A stretch of DNA of 63,846 nucleotides, filler included, from Calcarisporiella thermophila CBS 279.70 (Eukaryota; Fungi; Calcarisporiellomycota): assembly GCF_041956535.1 (NCBI RefSeq). It is 7 parts of 7 records of this genome, joined end to end, with 100 filler letters (N's around TTAATTAATTAA, not from the genome) between each part and the next. Parts side by side here need not be neighbours in the genome. Positions count along the whole stretch, not along the records: positions 47,576 to 62,471 come from NW_027192200.1; positions 62,572 to 63,846 come from NW_027192214.1; 5 more parts are not named here. One strand, written 5' to 3'. Below are positions 55,922-63,846 of the stretch, one piece after another; within the stretch, counting starts at the first letter, position 1, and every line of letters begins with the position of its first letter. The translations under genes were made by a program, and so were the position numbers. The notes under the pieces are model-generated. The model made no database searches. It was given only the letters and a program-made list of their open reading frames with translations, and was not told where the DNA came from.

Positions 55922-56893
55922 TTTGACCACTGTGTTCTCTGTTCACTTTTTTGTGCTCCTGACCGAATACTTAATGCATCGAGAGATGCTCTGTATGAAT
56001 GAAATCATTGTAGTTAGCAAAATATGTTAATCTCAATATTTTCCGTAGTTCATATAGTCTATTTTACTCTTCCTGGACCCTTGAATTTATCAATATATAA
56101 AAAAGTGTCCTGATTGCATATATATTGAAATGGCTCTTAGAAGGATCAGATCTTTGGTTAAATATCAAAAATCTTGGGGCTCTCAATTTTCACTTATTTT
56201 ACCATTTACAATTTGTGTTGATTGCTATCGTATCTATTTCTCTTTTGATCCTCTTCATTTTGAGGTTGCAAGAGAAGGGTTGGCTATCTCTTCTACTCTG
56301 TTTCCCTCTTGTTTAAATTCTTTAATTCATTTTTTGCTGTTTAATCTTTCTGTCTATCTACCTGTTTTATTTTCTTTTTCTCTTTATCAATTAATCACCC
56401 TCGGTAGGCATCGTAGATATTCTTTTTATTTTATTCGATAATTGACTCCGCTCCTTCATTTTTATATCATTTAATTTTTATTTTCATTACAAGTTCAATT
56501 CAAACTGACGATTCAACATTTATTAATTTGTGTAGAATTCGATCGTTTAGAAATTGCAATTTTATTAAATTATACCGAGAATGAAGTGTAGACAAAAACA
56601 ATAATCGAAGATTGAAATACTTATTATTGTTCAACTGTTTTGAAACTCATTTTCTATTTATTAAACTGCATTTATTTAAATAATGGGCCTGTTAACCTTA
56701 GGACTTGGGTCTGCTCTATTATTCAATCTGGGAAAATTATTTACAACCTTGGATTGATTAATTTAATTGGCCACAAAGTATTCCATTGAAATAATGATGA
56801 TGCAACAAGGGTTCCGAGCTCCTTAGCTCAGACTACTTATTCGCGATAGTCGCTTGATTTGATAGTGTACACTTGGATGCTTGTAAAGAACAC

Positions 56894-59780
56894 TTATTGA
56901 TCCCACTTGATTTTTGTACTCTTTAAGGCAGAAATCATACCTAGGGGTATCAGTTCTCGATTCATGAAGGCTATCGAGCCAAACTCCTGCAAAAGCTGGC
57001 CGCCATAATGGCATAACATCCACTGCCAGTAAGGCGTTATCTCATTCCAAACAGCTTTTATCGGCGATTGTTGTTGCAATCCTTCATTCAGTTGCTCGAG
57101 GGCAGAGGATAGTATAGACGTGCAACTTGGCCGAGAAGGTTGTGGCACCTCGAGCAACTTTACATACTTTTCTCTCCAATGAGACAAAGAAGTCTCGCGG
57201 CCTTCGCAGTATTCCTCGAAGAGCATGAACGCTTTGCGATTACTCTTCTTTCGCTGAACTTGCGCGAAATCATCTTCGTAGGCAAGCTTGGCTGCTTTCC
57301 ATTTTGCCTTGTCCTTCAGCACAAGCTCTTGGAAAAAGGTTTCTTTTTCCACCTTTGGGATGGACGGTATTTTTGTTGGTTTGAGCTCAGGCTTGAGAGT
57401 AAGATGCACCGCATATGTATCAACGATAAAGTTTTTGACGCCCAGCCCACCCGTTACAATAGGCCAATGTATCCAAGCATCCAAAATATTTTCATCTTTA
57501 ACCATCGGAAACCGCTCCTGAATAAGTTGAGCCAAGCGATGTAAAGGATTCCCTCCAACAGCAGCAAATAATTCACGCTGAATTCTTTCGAGTGCTTTGA
57601 TAATCTGTTCTGTGTGTTGATGTCCAAAGACATTCCCCGGCTCACCGAAATTACTCACGAAGAATGACATATATCGATTGTACACTCCTATCCAATCGAA
57701 AATACTGTTGGTGGCATCCAACTGTCTCGCCATCTCATGGATGTGTGTGGTTACTTGCTCTTGATCTATTCTAAAAATAGCGTCTGAATGAAAGATGAGG
57801 AAGCCCCATCGAACTGTGCTTTGAGGGAGTGGTGGCTTCCCAAAAATTACAGGGAAGTTTTCAGATTGCTTAGATGCCAATTCGTCATTCTCCTCTGGTA
57901 ACACGGCGATAGAGCCGCTTTTTTCCTGATTAAACTTGATCCCAACAAGTTCCGCATATCGCTGCATACACTCCCAAGCCTTGATCACCTTCTCTTCGTC
58001 AATATCCCAAAAATAGATATCGTCATGAATGCGGTAAAGAAATATTTCAGTTTCGCGATTCACCGCAAAGTCCATCACAAAAAGTAGCATCTCAGAAGCA
58101 CAATTGGAGAGTGTGTGAGAGATGGGAACACCGCACTCGCGGACGCGAGTAACAGCCTCACTATTCGAAGAATCCGGTGAGAAGCGAACAGGTGCACGCA
58201 GAAAACGCTGAAAGAATTCGGTCCATACAGTGGGTACGCAGAAGAAATCAAAGAATTCTAAGATGGTGTCATGCGGGATCGACGGACCATACCACTCCAG
58301 ATCGGTCCGCACAACAGTAAATTTCTTATCCGGATACATCGCCTGTGCAAGCCGGGATTCAACTGAAAGTAGATGCAGGATATTTACAGGGTTATCACAG
58401 ACTTTTGGTAGAGTTTGCCCTGATATCGGTTTGGTATCATAGCCTCTTTCTTCTTCATCTGTAGGTTCATACTGCTTCAATTCATCTGTAGAACTGGGAA
58501 GCAAGGTCAAAAAATATTGCTCTCTCTGAATCCTGCGACGATATGCTTCGATCGAGTATGAATCTGCATGTAGAGGATCAAATTGTTCGTGAAGCATTGT
58601 CTTCCTACGCTCTCTCACTTTTCTCGAAGGCATCTTGCGGCGTTTCCACAGGTCAGAAGTGAAAATGCGGATAAATTGATTTTTAAAATGAACGGACCAC
58701 CGAACGCCAAGATACTGTAAGAAAAGGGCAGTTGTAATATTTTCGTCCATGAAGGATCTATATCTACCATTTAGCGCACGTCGCATCTGAATTGTAATTC
58801 CTTCTTCTGGCCATTGCCAAGAGCGTAGCCGCCCCAACATAATAGTAAGAACCGATGCAATCTCTTCTACAATCAAATAATTATCCTTGACCTCTTTCAG
58901 AGTTCCACGTTTAGCATCCGTCAGCAAATCGGTAGACAGCAGGCCTTCAATCGTCCAAATGACTTCTTCTGATGTAACCTTAGACCGAATCAGAGACTCT
59001 CCAAATTCTTTGGTATCTTTCTTGATATTCTCAAAAAGTTTTTTATCGGCATCTTCCTCGAAGGAGAAGAGTTGGTTCAGGTAAGCTCGTAATGCGAGTC
59101 TATCCATGGCACCCTTTTTGAAAATGATTTGTTCCAGTTTATCACGCTGCTCTTGCTTCTCGGGACGGCCTTCCCGTACTGTTGGGCTAGGAGAAGAATT
59201 CTCATCCGAGGTTCTCATTTCCACATCGACCCATGTTTCGTTGACAGGATTTTTGGATTCATTCTGGAGCCACTCATTTAAGACACAGCCAAAAAGATAG
59301 GCATATTCGCATCGTTTCTGACCAAATTTGATTTCATCGGTAAGTTTGTCTATCCAGTGCTGCAGCAAATGCGCTGTTACTGAAGGATCAGTGGTAACTT
59401 GTTGAACAAACGCTAAATTATATGCAAATCATTAATGAGCAAGAAAATTTAAGCGTAATTACAATTAATTACCGTGAACATTTTCAAGGTCGAGGTGCAT
59501 TGCATTTTGAGCAACGGACAAATCCTTAATGCCATTGTAGAGAATGGCAAGTTTTTTTCGCAAATCGAAAGTCTTTTCAGCTTGCTTTAACACACCAGCG
59601 TAGTGTTCTTCTAATATTATTTTTTGAGCCTTAAGTTCATTTAACTTGATATCCTACATGTGTATGAAAAAGATTCAATGAGGGTTCTAAACTAATAGAA
59701 TATAATTCATTTACAGTGACGGCATATAATGTCTCCTTATATGGGGAGAACTTTTGATTGCTATTGGCGCCTAGCATCAT
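56894..59780 (-). CDS. rvt: Reverse-transcriptase-related cellular protein of the rvt family (3 exons)
   Basis: N-terminus ETLYAVT|DIKLNELKAQK (coiled coil); MRRALNGRYRSFMDE; YLGVRWSVHFK; RT motifs VVRTDLEWYGPSIPH, GVPISHTLS, YRIHDDIYFW; FNQEKSG; WGFL; GGLGVKN; no endonuclease, RNase H or integrase. Confidence 0.88.
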
Positions 59781-61705
59781 ATATAATAATGAAATGGTTA
59801 TGTGCTTGTAGTTAAAAGTAATTTTTAACAAATTATCCCCGAGTGCAATAGCTTTTTCTTATATATTCAGTGGCAAGTATGCTAAGCCTTGTTATTACGT
59901 ATCGATTAAATAAATTATTCCTAATTAAGTAACTTGAGGGTGGATGAAAAGGGTACATTGGAAGCGTCATGCCTGGTCAGTGTATTTCGCACAATGTGGT
60001 TAGAATCAACAAACTAATAGTAGAGACCCAACAATTATTATATGCGAGTTATAGTATTCGTATCAATTCCGCAGCCATAATTATGTGCTAGGTTCTTGAC
60101 TGGTTAGATCACTAGATCACTAGAAAAAACCGATGTGATAAAAAAATCTATATTTATATATATTTAAGTGACGGATTCTTAAATTGTGCCTGAGGCTTGA
60201 TTGGCTGAGTCCACTGGTATCTATTGTCTAAGAACCATAATAAATGTTATAATTGAATTCAAATATATGTCCAAAGCGAAAGGCTCAGAGGATTGATTGA
60301 GGAAGTGTTAACTTGTTTTTGGTATTGAGTGTCAAAATCAAATGATATTATTGTGAAGCAGAGTTATTGAGCAGCTATTTGGCTAATATAATTTTATCCT
60401 CACCTAAATCCATCTCATTAATGTTATTTTGCCAGGGTTAAGTTGGCTAAATCGGTACACATTTTAGTCGTATCGTTTGCAGGGGACGAGGTTTAATATT
60501 CATTTATTAATATAATTCCCCTGCAAATGTAACTCGTAAACAAATATTGTGAACGATCCTTTACCGGAATATAACATGACCATACAAGATTTTAAATGAG
60601 CGAGATCAGTATGTGATTTCTAATAAAATAATACAATGACCAATTTATGTATGGAGATACATTGGAGGTGCATGCTTAATCGAGTTCCAACTCTCCTTGA
60701 TATTTCCAAACAATTGATATCCTACATCGTCGTTAAGATAACATACCCATAGATTTTAAAAAGCAATATCACGCTCTGGCTGTCAGTTCATTTTGTAAAC
60801 ATGAAGATGCATAGTATCATCATATGATTTCCGTCCTCAGCAAAGTAAAACGAATTGCCCAATACCAACTATATATTGTATTAACATTAGAAGTAAAATA
60901 TGTTGAATGCATAATGATTTCCTGATTTTACAATTGATTTTTATTCGATGTATATATATTCTCAATTTCAATATCATACATTCGAATGTAAATGATAGTA
61001 TCCCTTAAATGTTGTATTAATAACAAGTTGGATGCAGAATGCCCCTGTCAATTTAATCAATATGTACATTATTTCTCCCGCTACATTGCCAACCGTGAAT
61101 TTTGTAGCGAGATTGCAAGTTAAAACTTTATCATAGCAAGAAATCAAACTTAGCAATGTATGCTAATCTTAAATGCTGTAGTAGTAGCAACAAAAAAACC
61201 GAAAGGTTCAAAACCCTATACTCTAGTTTTTACTATGTAGATCTCGAATAAATATTCTCCCTACTAATCAATGAGAAGGTATTTTGGACGTTTATTTCAA
61301 GGGTAGATAAAAAATATCAAATATTAAAATATTGTTTTGATAAATTCTAATGGACTCGATATAGTTTAGTCTTTCCAATTATTTGTTTATATTTTGATTC
61401 TCAGTAAGCAAGCTGGGATTGATGTAATAAAAAATAAGTCTATCCGCATAGAAGTTCACTTTTAATGGAGGATTGCTATAGTGCCTAGATAATTCATCTT
61501 GTCAGTTATGCATTTATTATTGTAGCGATTTTGTTATTCAAAGTTCACCAGAGTAAATTCAAGGTGAAGGGTCAACTCATTTGATCTACAGCCAAGACCC
61601 TGGCTTGCCAAAATACGTCATTTGCCACCGTTTCAAGCCTTGATATAAAATAGGAGATAAGACAAACAAAAAATATTATTTTTGAACAATCCTAGTTATA
61701 CTAAT

Positions 61706-62471
61706 ATGAAAATCACCTGTATAGTTATCCTTTATATATTTTTTCTCACGGTAGATTTAGTTTCTGCTGCACCTTTTCTCTTTGGGCTATTTGGGAGTAA
61801 GCCCAAAAGCTCCTCAACTAGTATTACTCCTGCAGCAACTGATGCCGCATTAGCATCCCCTACCGGCAAAACGTCCAACACACCAACTGGAAACACCAGC
61901 AAAACGCCAACCTCATCCAAGAAGGGCTCGTCTGCTAGCGCATCGCCTAGTGAAAGTGTGTCAGAAGTGGAAGTAACTGAAACCGTAACTCCAACTGCTC
62001 TCGCTTCCCCAGGTGCTTCTCCCAACGTACAGGGCACCAGTATTAATACGGATGAATATGAAGTCGTAACAGAACTCGCGACCGTAACTTCAAAACGGCC
62101 CAGCAATACTTCGCCTCCCTCAGGCGATTCATTAATACCCTCCGGAAGTACACCTATATCCTCTGCTACTTCGCCTCTCTCTGACGGTGCGTCGTCTATA
62201 CCCTCCGGAACATCATCGTTGCCTTCGGATACATCAGCTACACCAACTGGAGCTTCACAAATGCCCGCTGGTGAGTCACCTATGTCATCTGGTGCCTCGC
62301 CTGCTGGTACTTCACCTGCTGGTACTTCACCTGCTGGTGCTTCGCCAATGTCCGCTGGTGAGACACCTATGCCATCTGATGCCTCGCCTGCTGGTGCTTC
62401 TCCTGCCGCTACGTCCCCTGCTGGAGCCTCGCCTGCTAGTGCTTCATCTATGCCTGCTGGAGCCTCTCCTT
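61706..62471 (+). CDS. Secreted Ser/Thr/Pro-rich mucin-like/cell-surface protein with SPAG(A/T) repeats; 3' end lost in gap
   Basis: Signal peptide MKITCIVILYIFFLTVDLVSA|AP; low-complexity body; 15-bp-unit coding repeats ~62260-62471. Confidence 0.78.
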
Positions 62472-62650
62472 NNNNNNNNNNNNNNNNNNNNNNNNNNNNN
62501 NNNNNNNNNNNNNNNTTAATTAATTAANNNNNNNNNNNNNNNNNNNNNNNNNNNNNNNNNNNNNNNNNNNNGGACTACTCCGTCCCCCATCTCTTTCCTC
62601 AGTAAATTTTTCTTTATAAAAATTATAAAACCTACTCACGTGATAAGGAT

Positions 62651-62723
62651 GGTCACTTGGCTCAGTTGGCAGAGCGTCTGCCTAGTAAGCAGAAGGTCAT
62701 GAGTTCGATTCTCATAGTGACCA
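62651..62723 (+). tRNA. tRNA-Thr(AGT)
   Basis: GGTCACT/AGTGACC acceptor stem; anticodon arm TCTGC-CTAGTAA-GCAGA; GAGTTCGATTCTC T-arm. Confidence 0.95.
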
Positions 62724-62970
62724 ATACAATAGCGTAAAATTTTTTCCTATACTAATGAATAGGAATACCGATTGTATTCTGGTATAAGTATTTGCCAATT
62801 TAGAAAATAGAAATAAAGATTTAACATTAAGTGAAAAAATTCTAAATATTTTAGATTCTGTTGCAGTTGAAAAAGCTAAATTAATTAAAAGTGCATAAAT
62901 AAAATCACAAAAGTTAAGTTTTAATCAATTTAAAAAGAATATAGATAATAGCTGAATAGGTAAAAGTAAA

Positions 62971-63043
62971 TGGTCACTATGAGAATCGAACTCATGACCT
63001 TCTGCTTACTAGGCAGACGCTCTGCCAACTGAGCCAAGTGACC
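62971..63043 (-). tRNA. tRNA-Thr(AGT), identical inverted copy
   Basis: Exact reverse complement of 62651-62723. Confidence 0.95.
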
Positions 63044-63126
63044 ATCCTTATCACGTGAGTAGGTTTTATAATTTTTATAAAGAAAAATTTACTGAGGAAA
63101 GAGATGGGGGACGGAGTAGCTTAGTA

Positions 63127-63440
63127 GCCGTCCCTGGATGGCACAGTGGTTAAGAGCCCCGGGGATTAACCAATGTGTGCTGGGTTCGATTTCCGGCGAC
63201 GGCACCTGTACTAGAGATGGGTCCGGGACATACTCTAGGAATTGAGCTATAAGCTACTTCGTTCTTAATAATTGGATATTGATCGTCCTCAGAAAACAAA
63301 GAAATACGTTTAATATAGTGACTTGTCAGAAGAAACACACGTAAGCAATGGTTGAGCGTTAGAAATAGTGTGCAAATCTTTTCATTTAACTTGTATAGGA
63401 GACTTTTCAATAAAAGATCCTTCAATCTCAAAAAAAAAAA
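63127..63440 (+). mobile_element. tRNA-derived SINE, family B, full length with poly(A) and TSD
   Basis: A box TGGCACAGTGG (63139-63149); B box GGTTCGATT (63183-63191); GCCGTC/GACGGC acceptor-like stem; AATAAAAG then poly(A) 63430-63441; TSD ACGGAGTAGCTTAGTA at 63111-63126 and 63441-63456. Confidence 0.9.
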
Positions 63441-63539
63441 ACGGAGTAGCTTAGTAACCTAATATTTGCAAGCGGTGCACAACCAACGCAGTGGAAACCA
63501 TTAGTCATGCTTACCTGGAATGCCCGGCCATAAACCCTA

Positions 63540-63785
63540 CTTTATCGAAAAGTATCCTATACAAGTTAAATGAAAGGATTTGCACGCTATTTCTACCATT
63601 GCTTACATGTATTGCTTGTTTACTGATGGATACCAATATCAAATTATTAACGAAGTAGCTTTTTGCTCGATTCCTAGAGTATGTCCCGGACCCATCTCTA
63701 GTACTGGTGCCGTCGCCGGCAATCGAACCTAGCACACAATGGTTAAGCTTCGGGGCTCTTAACCATTGAGCCATCCAAGGACGGC
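63540..63785 (-). mobile_element. Second, diverged copy of SINE family B (no poly(A) or TSD visible)
   Basis: Reverse complement GCCGTCCTTGGATGGCTCAATGGTTAAGAGC...GGTTCGATTGCCGGCGACGGCACCA-GTACTAGAGATGGGTCCGGGACATACTCTAGG... aligns with 63127-63416, with substitutions and indels. Confidence 0.88.
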
Positions 63786-63790
63786 ACCCG

Positions 63791-63839
63791 TATGACTAGT
63801 TCTTAAATTTTATTTTGATCAATCATATGACTAGTTCTT
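63791..63839 (-). mobile_element. Putative extremely 5'-truncated retro-insertion (21 nt) flanked by a 14-bp TSD
   Basis: TATGACTAGTTCTT at 63791-63804 and 63826-63839; the insert reads TGATTGATCAAAATAAAATTT on the minus strand, matching the family A 3' end TGATTGATC-A(n). Confidence 0.55.
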
Positions 63840-63846
63840 TTTTTTT

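Larger units (their letters stand above)
62575..63119. repeat. 149-bp perfect inverted repeat (tRNA-Thr plus 76 bp of 5' flank) with a 247-bp spacer
   Basis: 62575-62723 is the reverse complement of 62971-63119. Confidence 0.9.

Noticed and set aside
56894-59780. rvt as the enzyme mobilising the SINEs, or as a retron/retrotransposon
   Set aside because: No endonuclease domain, has introns, no TSD or poly(A); rvt proteins are not known to perform TPRT; it is also separated from the SINEs by an artificial linker
63150-63774. Short ORFs 63150-63431 and 63511-63774
   Set aside because: Chance frames within SINE copies

Overview
Eukaryotic, intron-rich fungal genomic DNA with short GT-AG introns. 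The gene content suggests an early-diverging fungus, probably Mucoromycota (inference). The window is a string of contigs joined by six artificial 100-nt N/TTAATTAATTAA linkers plus one 532-N gap, so adjacency across gaps is not guaranteed. Conserved genes: M17 leucine aminopeptidase, VTS1/Smaug, MCM8, NMA111, NRDE2, PEX12, a STE20-type PAK kinase, HRQ1, aconitase, a POM33/TMEM33 protein, a DysF+FYVE protein and the 3' end of an ABCC transporter. Accessory genes: a Cys-elbow alpha/beta hydrolase, an intron-containing rvt (reverse-transcriptase-related cellular gene) and a secreted Ser/Thr/Pro-rich protein. There are four tRNA genes (2x Lys-CTT, 2x Thr-AGT). The main discovery is two different tRNA-headed SINE families (A/B boxes, acceptor stem + CCA, AATAAA, poly(A), ~16-bp TSDs). 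Each is inserted head-to-head 81-83 bp upstream of a tRNA gene. A nest of further insertions lies at the right edge. Together these point to a position- and orientation-specific, tRNA-gene-targeting retrotransposition system.
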